Positions 38,655 through 52,525 are shown, counted from the first letter of the stretch. The stretch: 64,000 bases of DNA from Basidiobolus meristosporus CBS 931.73 (GCA_002104905.1 MCFE01000258.1:1-64000); one strand, 5' to 3'. Notes: generated by a model from the sequence alone, not told the origin. Numbers and translations: made by a program.

Positions 38655-38895
38655 TCCCCTGTAAGAAACCCCTTTACTCTAAAGAAACCCCTTTAGACAC
38701 CCTGTTAGTCTAAAGACCCCTTTAGAGACCCCTTTAGGAAACCCCTTTATACTAAAGAATCCCCTTTAGACACCCCTTTAGTGTAAAGTCCTCTTTAGAG
38801 ACCACTACAAGAAGCCCCTTTACTCTAAAGACACCCCTTTAGGTCTAAAGACTGCTTTAGAGACTTCTACAACACACCCCTTTGGGTTAAAGGGG
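38655..38895. repeat. Tandem array of about three ~73-bp units built from CCCCTTTA/TAAAG motifs
   Basis: Nine exact CCCCTTTA copies; units ~38668-38740, 38741-38813 and 38814-38876; ends in the hairpin CCCCTTT-gggtt-AAAGGGG. Confidence 0.85.
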
Positions 38896-39730
38896 AGTTT
38901 GGAATTTCCATATTAGGATATATTTTCTTAGAACGGAAAGAGACTCCAAATAAGGACAGGCTACTACAATAGTAAATAAGCCATTAGTCAACAGAAGGTC
39001 AGAACACTGCTGTAGAAATGATAAACACTGCTTACAGTATATTTTGAGCCAAAGATTGAGGAAATTAGTGAAAGCTATATCTTCTATTGGTATATCCAAC
39101 TCCTAATAAACTATTTCAGTATTAGCATACTGGAAGTTGTTTTATATTGTTGATTAGCCTCTACATTGTAGCACAAGCCCCACACTAATTATAATACAAC
39201 ACAACAGAAGGAGCTTTTCAGGTAAGCCTTAGACGCAGTCAAGGAAGCCATACACTGACCTTTAGGGAGGTACTCTATGTCCCAGAAATAGCCAACGGCT
39301 GCATATCTGAAAGCAAGGCTACAGCAGTAGGACTCAGCTTGAGCTTTGACAAGTCAGGATGCAGGATCACTGATCAAAATAATTCCCATATTGCTTTGGG
39401 GTATAATTGATCATAATCTGTACAAGTTTACTTATATTTCATCATATTTCAAAGCCAAAATAAGTAACTTGAATGAAGAAACACCAATGCTTTGGCACAG
39501 GAGATTGGGCCCATTATTTTCAATTATTTGCGCAAAGTGATTAAAGATCAGCTAATTCCAGGAGTAAAAATTGATTCCCGGCTAATTTGGAGTACAGAAT
39601 TTATCCTTAGGTGGGATGAAGTATTCAATCACTTTTATTGATGACTATGCAACATACACATGGGCCTATCAATGGAAAGTAACGAAGAAGCATTGTCCAA
39701 TCTCAGGGAGTCTAAAGCCATGGTGGGGAG

Positions 39731-40326
39731 GTCTTCACAGCCGCATATCACCCCCAGACCAACAGATTAACCAAGAGGATGAACCAGATGTGTTGCCGCA
39801 TACTAGAGAAGCTCCACTGGGAACTACCCCAATCATGGCCAAGCTACTCCCACTGACACTCCTAGCAATGCATACAATACCAACTAAAACAACAGGTTTC
39901 TCCCCGTACAAAGTTCTGTATGGACAAAGGCCCAAGTGGCGTGTAGAAGCTGGATTTACAATGGAAGGTGTCCCCTTGATGACACAAAACAGCTATATAG
40001 AAAGGTTAATACATTGTATTGCCCACCTATATATAAAAGTATTTGAAAATGTCAACAAGCACCTTCCCCCTCCACCCAAAAATGAGAAACTAATGGGACA
40101 AAAGTGGAAACCAGGCAATAAAGTGTGGCACAATCAAACCTTTGCAGGCCTCAAGTTTTGCCCACAATTTACACCCCAATGGATTGGCCCTTGCACCATC
40201 ATTAGCTTGGACCACAGGCCAAAGTACACCATTACCCTGAACAACAAGTCAATCAGCAATGTAGTGCCAGCCCATCTGAAACCGTTTCATGATGATGCAC
40301 CAATCATCACTGAAACCAAAGTGTGA
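39731..40326 (+). pseudogene. Ty3/gypsy integrase C-terminal half
   Basis: AAYHPQTN, TTGFSPYKVLYG, KPGNKVW, PQWIGPCTI (GPY/F), VVPAHLKPF. Fused by deletion to the preceding Copia integrase. Confidence 0.8.
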
Positions 40327-41553
40327 TTAAATGATTATCAGGACAAGGATAGAGGTAGACACAGGATACATACAAAGCTTATTAGAGGAGATTTTAGTCA
40401 ATATAGGCACAAATGATATGCGCAAGGAAGTTTGCCCAAAGGGGAGAACAAAAGAATGCATATGGAAAGTGCCAAAGGAAACAGTTCACCCAAAGCTGGC
40501 AATACCCCACCCACCAGCAAGAACCAAGATGTTATCAACAACAAAACCAACCTGCAAGTGTTGAGAGATATGGTACAAGCCTTACATGTGACAAGCGCCA
40601 CCTATGAAGAGTTGTTTGCCGGAGCAGTCACATTGATACAAGACAGGATTAGAGAGGGACAAGACAAGTTACCCATGCCAATACAAAGCATGGAGATACT
40701 ACCTAAGTAGACCGTGTACCACCTAAGAGGAGGTTCCTTGATCAATAATGAGAAGGGCACCGCACTGATTCCCGTATCCATACTGGACACAGTCAGACAG
40801 AAAACACAAGGAAACAACTGTTGCGCCCTCACAAGACCTCAAGAGCCCCCCTGTTTTGTTGCATACTTGCCATTGATAGGTATCATGGTTGTTGAGGTAT
40901 ATGCAGACCTGGTACAAGCGGCAAGAGCACCAGAAGTAGAACTCCCAATTGAAGGACTCTTCTAAGACATTTGCAAACATCTCAAGCCGCATTTCCAAGA
41001 AGGAACCATCTTAGAGAAGATACGCAAACAAATTAAATACACCGGCCAGTTAACCCATGCAATCCACCAAGTTGGTGTGTTACAACTATTACAGTGGTTT
41101 ACCAAAGAACAACTCAGGAACCAGTACAAAGTCCAACTCCAAGAAGCCAAAGAAACTGCTGCGGACTCTGTAGAAACAATGAGGCAGGTACAAAAGCGCC
41201 TTGATTGAGCCACAGTTTCTACAGAAGAACTACAATACATTGTGGAAGAAGCAAAAACTTGTTACCAACAACAGGTGACTGCTAACCAAGTGTACACCCT
41301 CTTCAAAAGGTCCCCCGCCGTCATATTGAACGCAAAAAGAACAAGCCCTGACAACATTCACAAGATAAAGAAGCAAGATTTTATTGTGCTATTGCACCTT
41401 TTCTTGTTCTCCAACCCTCCAGAGGAACTTACCCAGAACCCTATGGTTTGCCAATTATTTGGCTCTGGAAAACATCCCTTGAGCAATGCAAGCCACACCC
41501 CATTCTGCCACCAAATGGTATCAGGTATTTGCCTGGAACCCCCTTGCAAGTGA
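40327..41553 (+). pseudogene. ~410-codon reading frame of unknown function, in frame downstream of the gypsy integrase
   Basis: ORF-track pieces 40432, 40714 and 41242 share the integrase frame; only four internal stops (TGA, TAG, TAA, TGA), all one C>T step from sense codons. Confidence 0.6.
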
Positions 41554-41949
41554 CAACCAGCAATGGTACTATGGTGACTCCCCATGCTCTGTGAACAAAA
41601 TCAACCCTGGAGAAGCAAGTTAGTCAAAAGAACTTTGAGGACAAAGCTCCCTCTTAACCCCCAGGATATGTGAGTACTAAATGCAGTACCCACTCTTTGC
41701 CCAAGAGTTCTCCCGAGAGACCTACTCAAAGTCCCCCAGTATCCTCCCTATGATTCCCCCACGCACCCTCCCTCCTACCCCTACCCTTGTCTAGTTAGAA
41801 CACTTACCATAACAGGAAGGTGTTCACACCCCTATTTTATAACACATTGACTATTATCTAAGCCCCCAAGTGATATATATATATCTACCCAATTGAACCA
41901 AGTGAGAGGACAAGAGGATTTGGACAAAATAAGCACAAGTCTTTATTAA

Positions 41950-44900
41950 CTTGCTACCTTCTATTGGAAGCTACTCTGAACCAAGTGGTACTGACTTGAC
42001 CTACAAGCTCTCCCACTCATCAAGTACAGTCAGTAATAACCCACAGTCTTCAGTCTGCATATTGGATCTCCAATTCAATGAGTTCCAAGTGACTGTGTCT
42101 AACTCAACTGGTAGTATGCGGTCATGTCCATGGAGTAGTTTGAATGGCAATAATCCAGTTGTTCTCTTAGTAGTAATTCTATCTGCCCAGAGTGCAAGAT
42201 GTAATTGCTGTGGCCACCGGGTTGTGTTATTCTCACAGGTCTTGACAAGAGAGTTCACCAATGGTCCATGTCCTCTCTCTAGCATTCCATTGGCTTGAGG
42301 GTGGTATGCTGTTGTAAAAGCAATGTGTATCTTGTACTTTGAGCACAACTCCTGGGTCATTTGAGATGTCATCTCTCCTCTGTCAGCAACAAACTGTTGT
42401 ATGCAGCTAAATCTGCAGATGATGTCTTTAAGGATAAATCTCCATACGTAATGGCTTTTGTTGTTGCAAGGCTCAAGCCTCTGCCCATTCACTAAGGTCA
42501 TCTCTAGCAACAATTAGGCACTTTTTTGATCCAGCTGTTGGCATGTGGACAAGGTCAATACCAACCTTTTGTCAACGACGGATTGTGTAAGTAGGATGCA
42601 GTGGTTCTTCATAACGCTTGGGGATCTCTTCTGGCAAGCTACACATGTGTCCTCTTATTGTTGGGTGTTACACCACAGAAGGTTGACTGTAGCCCTGGTT
42701 TGGATCCTTGTATGGTGTACCATACTGACCCATTGGAATAGTTGGTAGTTGTAGCCTTGGTACTGGTTTCCCATGGTCTACCTAGCAGAAGGTCAAAGTT
42801 TGCCTTCTGGCAGATGAAGAGGGGAAGCCAGACCTTGATTCCTTGTACCGCAATAGGAAACTTGTGCACTACACCATAGAGTGGACTAGATCCTGAGTTT
42901 GCATCAGTCATGTTCCATCCAATATCTCTATCAACAGGCAGTAGCACCTTGCTTCTAAGTGTCTTCCAGAAGTCTAGTGGCACAACACAAGTCTCTGAGC
43001 CACTGTCAATATGGCAGTCAACAGGGTCATCATATATATACCCTTTCACCACAGCAGTTGCAACTGAGTAAAAGGTCTTATATTCAGTAGTGTGTCATCC
43101 TTTTGGTTGTCTTCATGGTTTGTCCAAATTATATGGGTGTCCATATGTTCAACAGCTTGTTGTCTTGCTCTAAGCTGCTCTTCAAAGGTCTTCCTAACAT
43201 ATGGGGATACACTCATGAATTCTCCAACCAACAAAGTGAGGTTCTGCTTCAGCAGCTTCTCAGTAATCAGCTCAGGGCTTGAGTAGCTTGCTATCTGTGA
43301 GGTCATCTGAAAGTGAGGCAATGAATCTTGGGTGGGCAGCATACTAGGCTTCTTGTCAATAACAACTTCAGGTTCTTCAAATTGTGGTCTTCTAAGGATG
43401 TGTTTGGCAGGTTCTTCAGGGAGGTGTCTTTTGGTAGCAAAGGCATCAACTTTGTATTGTCTGTTGTCAGGGCTGCTTGGATTCACTTTATGAGTCCCAA
43501 TAGGGGCATCAACAATAATCTTTCTGGTTGCTGAGTCAGATTTCTGGAAAAGGGCTCTCTTCCCTCCTCTTTGGAAACTAGTGGGAATCCTTCTTCCTTC
43601 CTTGTCAGCAAGCATTCCAACAGCATCAAACTGTACTGCTCCTTCTTTGAGTAGCTGACTAAGCTCTGAGCATTCTTGTCTGGCATGCTGAGTAGAGTCA
43701 CACCAGATGCAGTGCCTGGGCAAAGGTCATTGGCCCTCAGTAGCAACCTCAGCAGAGCCATTAATCTTGAGGGCTAGATTTTGTAGCTGTTCAGCAAGTT
43801 GGTCCATTCTGTTGGTAGTGTAGTTCTGATTGTCAGCAGTAGTACTCCTTGGCTCCTTGGTTGACTGGTCTGGCAGATTAGATGTCAGGAGTCTCATAAA
43901 GGTAGAAGTTTGCTTTGCCTCTAAGAGAACACGTTTCATCTCTGCAAAGCAAGGAATGCCAGACTTGTCATCCTTGGCTGCATGTAAGTCAATTTTCCTT
44001 TCCAAGTCCTGAGGAAGCCCTTGTGCAAGGTAAAGTGTCATGGTAAACTCAGTTATAGCCTGGGACTCCAGGAGTGGCTTGGCCATATCTTCATACTGTT
44101 GAAAGAACTCTTCATGTGGGAGCTTGGAAAGTCCAGTCCTACCCTAAGTAGTAGGGGAAGTCTTCAGCCATATCTTGTTTAAATAGGCTGCACATCTTGC
44201 AGAGCTTCTCCCATTTGAATATGAAGCTTTTCACATTCTTTCCATCAAACTGTGGGGCTCCATGTGAGAGTGGTGATGGCATAAAATTCATTTTGGGCAG
44301 GTAGGTTGGTGTTGTAATTGTGATAATATTGGTAGTCTTGTTTCAATAAGTGGGTAACAGCTCAAATCTTTGGGTAAATTGTGTTGGGTCCTAGGGAGCT
44401 TGTATAAACCCCCCACATTGGGTGCCAAATATGTGGTGGTGTATAGGTCCAAGGGAGAGATACGTCCAACACATCTCAAGTGTTTTGTGTGTGGGGTGTT
44501 CACTGGGTGCAATAACCTCTGGCAAAAGCTTGCTAGGAATACTTGGGTTCTGTCTCTAATCTAATGTGATGGGGAATAAAGCCATAATCTTGCCAAGGGA
44601 AAACAATTAAGCTACAATCCCCAACTTAGTTGGCATCTTAACAAAAGTATGTGCTGGGTTCAGCATCCTACGAGATGACAATGTACCAAAGCTTCCAAAG
44701 TCAAAACAACTGTAAACTCCACCAGCAGGGACTTGATAAGAATGCAGCTGTGGTCAATAGTTATAAAGACAGAAAAGTATTTTTGCCTGTACAAGAACAA
44801 ACTTTGGAAAGAATCAAATACTATAAAAGATACCTACTCTGAGTATTCCTCACAAGTAGTGCCTCCAAGGTTAGTTGGCCGTCAGTGTGGTTTCCTGGGA

Positions 44901-45523
44901 GTGTCCCGTGGTCTGGGGTTGGAAGTTCAGGTAGCAGCAGGTAGCAGTGATCACACTAATCAACAAGTTGGTTTATTAATAAAAGGGATGATGATTTATT
45001 GTTGAGGGATAGCCTCCCTTATATACATTTCTTACTGGCTAAGTGATTACTAATCATGGTGTTCCAGAAGGTTCCAGATATCAATAGATATCTTAATGAC
45101 ATCAGAATGACCTAAGAATGTCCTAAGTAGGTGCCGGAAGGTTCTAAGTAGGTACTGGAAGGTTCCAAGTGGCACAGCACATCCAACCAATCAAGAATCA
45201 GTATTCTGAAACCTGTGTAACATAGGGATACCATATATGGTATGGAAATGGTAGGGATGATGACATGGGTTGATCATGTGTCACGGGTACTGGCATGGGT
45301 TCTTACCTAATATAGAAGCACTTATAGCTAGTAATCTTACATAAAGTGAGGGGTAACTTATGCAATAAGGTAAGCAGGTGTGATAGTCAACCGGCTTATG
45401 GGATAGTACTGATTGGGTAAGACAAACAGGATAAAACTAAAATAAGTGTAGTAGAGATATAGGGAAGTAGAAAATAAGGGAATGAGCACATCTGTCAGTG
45501 GGTGTCACTGTCACCCCACTACA
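41950..45523 (-). mobile_element. Gypsy family D element: 5' LTR, gag-PR and integrase; RT/RNase H deleted; 3' end missing
   Basis: LTR 44432-45523, Lys-type PBS ~44411-44427, gag (CIWCDSTQHARQEC), PR (CHIDSGSETC; 42639-43052), IN (GIDLV...AYHPQANGMLERGH; 42001-42640). Confidence 0.9.
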
Positions 45524-47689
45524 GCAGAAAGCTTTTAGTCTAACAGATACCCTCTAACCCCAATGATAAATAACTTGGTTCCATGGGTGGATCCAATCTG
45601 GATCAGTTGTCAGAGTTCAGCTCAGAGACCATCATAAATCCAGCAGCTTGAAATTAGTGACCCTCTTAACAATCTTATGATAAGATCACAACAATGTTTT
45701 GCTGATCTTGCTACTTAATAATGAGATGGAACTTGACAGTATTTGATTGGTGCTGTGACAGTAATTGCATGATATTAATGTGGTCTTATTGTGCTCCACA
45801 ACTATTCTAAATGGATCCAACTGGCCAGGACATCCAATTGCCTTATATGGAAAGAAACTTGAAGGTATTTGAATAGCCTCACAGCAAGACTCTGATGGCA
45901 TTACATCAGCAGTATGGTGGCCTACTGCTGGCTCAGTATGATGCTACCTTACAAATTTACCAAACAGTATTTCCTTTTTCAACCTCCCCTTGTGCAGCTC
46001 ATATATTCCACTGTGGAATCACCCCTCTTTATTTCCTTACCCACTACTACCTTGGGTATTCCACATATAGCTCAAATCAAAAAAAGTATGGCCTCCTGCT
46101 TACTAACCTCAACAAACACACACACCTGCCTGAATTGACATACTTCTATCACCTCAACTTTACAGCTTTTTAGTGTGATACTTGCAAAGTTACCATATAT
46201 CTTGTACTGCTGGTAACATATACATCTTGTAAACATACACTTGTTAGCCACCACTTCTCCCCTGAATTCCTCCTGGATATCTGCAAAGAACTTTCCGGTA
46301 TTTAGCCAATATAATCCTTCACCCTACTGGATTCTAATCCCCTTTATAGAAGTGCTCTGGCTCTTGTTTGTGTGATTTATTGTTGAATAGTGTAGAAGTT
46401 GGCTTGTGACCAAGAGAAATCCAGCATACCTTGGTAGAGTTTTCCTAACAATAATTTGCTGATTGTTGCACCCAACCCAACTTTGTATTACTTAACTGAT
46501 TATTCATGCATTGGGGCTGCTTAGCTTCTTAATGCCATAGTTATATGTGTCTCCATGTGCCCATTTGTCCTCAGTATTTTCCAAATCTTCCTGGCTGTCC
46601 TCCATGTGCCAACTCATCACATCTATGATAGACTTGAGGGTAAAATTCTTGATGAGATTGAGATATGGTAATACCTGAACTTGACTTCTCTCCCTATCTT
46701 GCCATACATCTGCCCCATAGGAGACTCTCAAAAGGTGAAGCAAGGCCCAATATTTTCCACACACTGTTCAAGATGGAGTAGAGAATGGATACAGTAGTGG
46801 CAGAGATCTACATGTTCAGATTTATGTTTGTATTATAGCCGCTCAAATCCCATCACATACTTTTTGCACAACAGCTGTAGATGTGTCAAATTGGCATTGG
46901 TGATCTGCTGCTGAATAAGTATTCCTACAATGTCCACATATGACTCCCAATGCTTCCAATGTACTCTTAGTAGGAATGGCTTCAGAACACCACTCAAATA
47001 AATACAAACCCAGTTCATCCAGTTGTTACATTTTTTTTGTTGCAGATGTGCATGAGTATTGTTAGGAGCCTGCAAGAAGTAATTAGGGTGGCAGAAACTC
47101 TGTAATATCTTGCCAATTGTTCTAACTTCTCCAGTATCTCAAAGGGCTTATTTAGCTTGAAATCCCTCATTTACATCTTGGTCATCATTATAGGGATATT
47201 GTTGAAAAGCATATGGATTGTTCCCAGTGAAAAGCTTTTGCTCCAACAGATACCCTCTATCTTAAATATCTCCAGTTTCCAATTGATTCCATATTCCAGC
47301 CCATTGCTTATAGCTTGCCAACTTTGCTGCAATTGCATGCTGCCTTCTCTATGCTTTCTTTGTGTGAAGATGATGTTCTTAGTGCTGGTGCTGGAGTAAT
47401 AATAATGTGTGTGAGTTATGGAGTAAGTCCCCTGGATCATACACATTTGATAGCAATACCATCCATTGTGCCCAGAAAAACCTGCTATCTTGCTGATGGC
47501 TGGGGTATCTCCAATGAGGATAATAAAATGAGCTTTTACATGACAGCCATTTACTGTTATCCCACTGGAAAGTATACAAAATTCATCCAGCTATGGATAC
47601 AGGTAGCTATCCAGGTCAGAGGGTGATCTAGGTGCAAATACTATTGAGACTACCATCAGATTATTGCTCTGATACTGTAAGATGGGCGG
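45524..47689 (-). pseudogene. CACTA/EnSpm (Transposase_21-like) transposase relic
   Basis: Colinear with 56400-58500; heavily frameshifted. Confidence 0.7.
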
Positions 47690-48385
47690 TATGGTGGTGT
47701 ATAAGTCCAAGGGAGAGATACATCCAACACTTCTTAAGTGTTTTGTGTGTGGGGTTTTCACTGGGTGCAATAACCTCTGGCAAAAGCTTGCTAGGAATAC
47801 TTGGGTTCTGTCTCTAATCTAATGTGATGGGGAATAAAGCCACAATCTTGTCATGGGAAAACTATTGAGCTACAATCCCCAACTTAGATGGCATCTTAAC
47901 AAAAGTATGTGCTGGGTTCAGTATCCTTTGAGATGACAATGTACTCAGGCCTCCAAAGTCAAAATAACTGAAACTCCACCAGTAGGGACTTGATAAGAAT
48001 GCAGCTGTGGTCAATAGTTACAAAGACAGAAAAGTATCTTTGTCTGTACAAGAACAAACTTGGGAAAGAATCAAATGTAATAAAAGATACCTACTCTGAA
48101 TATTCCTCACAAAGTGCCTCCAAGGTCAGTTGGCTGTCAGCATGGTTGCCTGGGAGTGTCCTGTGGTCTGGGGCTGGAAGCTCAGGTAGTAGCAGGTAGC
48201 AGTGATCACACTAATCAACAAGTTGGTACAACATCACAATGAGTTAAAAGTACTCTAAGTAGGTGCTGGAAGGTTCTAAGAGGCACAGCACATCCAACCA
48301 ATCAGGAATCAGTACTCTATAACCTGTGTAGCCTAAGTATACTATATATGATACTGAAATGGTAGGGATGGTGACACAGGCTGTT
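47690..48385 (-). repeat. Truncated family D LTR
   Basis: Starts tAtggtggtgtataagtcc; left flank GCGG; internal deletions; fused to a Copia E LTR at ~48387. Confidence 0.85.
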
Positions 48386-48386
48386 C

Positions 48387-51087
48387 ATTTATTGAAAGTA
48401 AAAGTAGTACTTATACTTTTGCAGGGCTTTGGCATAACAAACATATAAGATAAGCCTAGGAAGGTCCCAATAACATGTGTGCAAAATTTAGGTCTGTTTG
48501 GACAACTTTGAGATTTTCATGTTCTGGGTACCTGGTATTTTGGTGAAAATATTCCAAGTAAATCCCAACACTGAATCTGGTCAGTATTCTTTAGGACTTG
48601 ATGGTAATGATCTCAGTGACCAAGTTAAGTGAATATTTAGGTTGAATTGCAAATTCCTACAACACTCCCACTCAGCTAAATATTCATACTAACTAACTAT
48701 TGCTGACTTAGATCTAAGATATTCAAACTTGTCACTAGCCAATAGTTTGGTAAGTATGTCTGCAATCCTTTCATCTGAAGGACAGTAAGCTAAGCTACCT
48801 AGGTTATTTTCTGTAGCTTCATATATGAAATGATGTCTAATATTTATATGCTTAGTTCTGGCATGAAAAGTTGAATATCTTCCTAATGATATACATGCGT
48901 GATTATCTTGATATAAAGTAATAAGCATTTTTTGACATAGGCCTAAATCTGTAAAAAGCTTTGTTAAGCACATTGCTTCTTTTGTAGCTTCACAGGCTGC
49001 CATATACTCTGCCTCTGTGGTGGAGAGTATTATAGTTGGTTGCTTTTTTGAGTTCCATGGAATTGCTCCTTCACTGTAAAGAAAGGTGTATCCTGTGGTG
49101 GATCTTCTGTCTTCTGAATTTGTATAAGTGTATCTTAAACAGATATCAGTAGTTCCTCTCAGGGATCTAAAAGTCTGCTTAACTGCTGCAATATAATCAG
49201 ATCTATAGTTCTAATTATGCTAGCTGACAACTCTCACTGAGTATGAGATATCTGGACTTACTCCAAGCATATATACATCAGACTGCTGACCATGGATTGA
49301 TAAGGAAAGCCAGGGCTTTCAGATGGCACTAAGCTCTCTTGATTTGGTTGAGTTTTGACCAAGTTAAGGTTTGTCTCCATTGGAGTAGCTGCCAGTTTAC
49401 AATCTTCCATTTAGTACTTATTTAGTATATCTTGAATATGTTTGGATTGGCCTAGAGTGATAGTCTGGGTACTTCTGTCTATGAAAAGCTTTATTGCTAA
49501 GTAGTAACTGGGTTCTCCTAAATTGGACATCTTTAACTCTTTAGATAGACTAGATTTAGTCTCTTCCAATGCTGCTAGGTTATTAGCAGCTATGATAAGA
49601 TTGTCCACATATAGAGCAATAGAACTGGGTTTGCTCTATCTGGCTTATAGTATATACTATAGTCAGCATTACTCCTTTTTAAACTCAAAGATTCCAAATA
49701 AGAGTCCATCTTGCAACTCCAGGCTCTTGGAGATTGTTTGAGATCATATAGAGACTTGTTATGCTTGCAGACCAAATGGGGGCTATATTGTGTTGTAAGA
49801 GTCCTGGAGATATTGGAAGTTATTGGGAGAGCAAGTAGATTATGTGGTTTTCACTTAATGATTTATTGAATGTAAAAGTAGTATTTATACTTTTACATGG
49901 TCTTGGTAGAACAAACACACAGAATAGGCTAAGGAAGGTCCCAAGAGCATGTGTGCATAGTTTGGGGCTGTTTGGACAACTTTGAGAATTTTCATGTTCT
50001 GAGTACCTGGTATTTTGGTGAAAATATTCTAAATCCCAACAAGGAATTTGGTCTATATTCTCTAGGTTTTAAAGGTAAGGATTTATGTGACCAAGTTAGG
50101 TGAATATTTAGGCGGAATTACAACTTTACAACATATTGGTCAGCAAACCCATCAGGTTGGTCCATATAAACATCTTCATCAAGTTCTCCATTCAAAAATG
50201 CAGTTTTACATTCATTTGATGTGAAAAAAACTTTTATTTGGCTGCAATAGATGATATCAGCTTGATGGAATTAAACTTGGCTGCTAGTGTAAAGGTCTCA
50301 GTACAGTCAGGCCCTTTTGTTTGGGAGTATCCTTTGGCTGCAATTCTTGCTTTGTATCTTTTAATTGTGCCATCAGTTTTATACTAGTCTAAAGACCCAT
50401 CTGCATCCAATTGATTTTTGGTTGATTGGCAACTTGACTAAGTCCCAAGTTTGATTTTCAATCAGGGCCTGATATTCCTCAGTGATTGAAGATCTCCCAA
50501 ACTTTGTCTGAGGGCTATTTAGGTCCTCTTTCACAGTCTGCGGCTTATCAATGTTGACTGAATAGGCATAGGCTAAGTTTGTACCCACTTTGATATAGTG
50601 ATTTGGGCTATTTCTTGTCTGGTTGGATCCCCTGGCATTTGATATCACAATGATAACTTCTGGGATACTCCTGGGCACTGATTCAGGCTAACCACAGTTG
50701 TAGAGTCCTGTGGAGGGAATAAGCTTGCATTATTTTGCTCTGATTCAATCCTGACTATTTGTGGACTTAAGATCAAGATTCCAACATTATCTGATGTCAT
50801 TTTTTTTGAAAATGTTAAATTTTCATCAAACCATAAATCCCTGGACCTGATCAGCTTCTTTGCTTTGGTATTTTAGAGTCTGCATGCTTTAGTCTCATTG
50901 CAGTAGCCCAAAAATATGCATTTCACACTTTTTGGCTGAGATATTGACTGATTTCTGGGCAGTTTCTTGGCATATGCTGTACACCCAAGTATTCCTAGAA
51001 GCTCTGCACTGGGTCGGTATCCATACCCTGCTTCAAATAGAGGAGAATGACAAAGTATTTTCTTATGGCTCCTATTATTAAGGTATA
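48387..51087 (-). mobile_element. Copia family E 3' part (IN end, RT, RNase H, PPT, truncated 3' LTR 48387-48664)
   Basis: ORFs 48689-49003 (RH), 49411-49775 and 50379-50678 (RT); PPT 48665-48676. Confidence 0.88.
49791..50133 (-). repeat. Solo Copia family E LTR (343 bp) inserted in a family E RT
   Basis: TGTTGTAA...TTACAACA; TSD TATTG (49786-49790 / 50134-50138). Confidence 0.93.
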
Positions 51088-52525
51088 CACCTGCCCCTTG
51101 AAAGATGGTAGCAATAATTCTGTCAAAAGGCCATCACAAATTTAAAGTCCCATGACTAAGAAGTACTGATCCCATATGGACACCATCCAGAGACTGTTGA
51201 AAAATAATTACACCCCAGATTTCACAAAAAACTTTGTCAAAATTTCTCATTACAACAATATATAAGTGGTTTATGATTAGCTCCCTGCCAATTTACTCAC
51301 TTTCTGATCCCAGACACTCTATCACCTTCTATATTTGTGTGTGTTGACTGGCTATTGCCTTTTTTTTACACTCATTACTTCCTGACTCAACTTTTTCTCT
51401 TACTTTTTATGTGTGCCAACTGATATGTTTCCATTGAAACTTGAGTTGTACCTCAATTGCCAATTATATTGACCTATACAAGTCCCTAAACCCTACACCA
51501 ACATTAAGCCCAATCCCATCTTCAATAAGAAACTCCTTTGAAATCCACCATACAATAAGTATTTCTGCTGTAATGCTCTGGTTCCACAACTTTGGTGGGA
51601 CCTAATGGCTTTATGCCACTGTGCATTCACTGGTTCCCATACATCCTGCTCTTCAGCTGGCACTGCAAGGCCTAGCACTGCATCTGCCAGTCTTTCCAAT
51701 AGATCCTTACAATGCTCAAGTGCATTTTCCTGAGCACTGCTCTGGAAGAAGTGTTGCAACCTCTTGGTGTGCCTATTAATCTTTGAAGATTCCACTGAAG
51801 GCATTGTGATAGTCTTTTGAGATCTTGATATTTTAGCCTTGTCTGTCAGTGGGATCTCCGCTCTGTCAATAATGGAGGATGTGGAGGCTGTGAAAGACAA
51901 ATTGCCTTTTTCTGCAAACCCATCTACCTTGCTGGAGAGTAGCTGAACTGGCCGTGCTTCCAACTCATGTGAAAACAGTTGTTTTCTTATTGGTAGTTCT
52001 TCATGCTATCACGGAATTCAGTCTGCTACATGCTTGCAGCATTAATTGGCAAGAACTGCAGTTTTTTTGCATGCCTCCCTGTCTCAGGCTTGGGTAGATA
52101 TTTTTCTCTTTACCTATATCTTTATTACTGCCAGGTATCTCACTGCTACTTTGTCTGAGTGCTTCTTGTAATGAACTACACTTTCTCCTTGCTAAATTCT
52201 GCTCTGAGGCATCTGTTTTGGCCTGTTTATCACTTGCTGGCACTCTTCAGGCAAACTGATGTCTCTTTTCCACTTGTTTGAGCTCTCAACCATAATTGTG
52301 ATGGGCCCCTGTAAAGCTGCTGGTTGTATCACTGCCATGTCCTTCACTGCTACTTTGACTAGGTGCTTCTTGAGTAGTACTACACTTTTCCTTGATAAAT
52401 ACTGTGCTGGTGCATCTGAGTCTGCTTGCTTGTTCCAAACTGGCACTCTTCCAGCTACCTGATGTCTCTTTAACACTTATCTAGAGCACTTGGCCCTGCT
52501 TGTAACAGGCTCTTGAGGAAGCCGC

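Larger units (their letters stand above)
35438..39730 (+). mobile_element. Old Copia family E-like element (LTR ~35438-35780, gag-PR-IN pieces) carrying several insertions
   Basis: LTR is the diverged reverse complement of 60958-61306; gag pieces 35790-36053, 36784-37199 and 37684-38000; PR/IN 39225-39730. Confidence 0.75.

Noticed and set aside
38655-38895. Telomere-like or CRISPR-like array
   Set aside because: The motif is CCCCTTTA, not CCCTAA or CCCTAAA. There are no unique spacers and no cas genes, and the context is eukaryotic.
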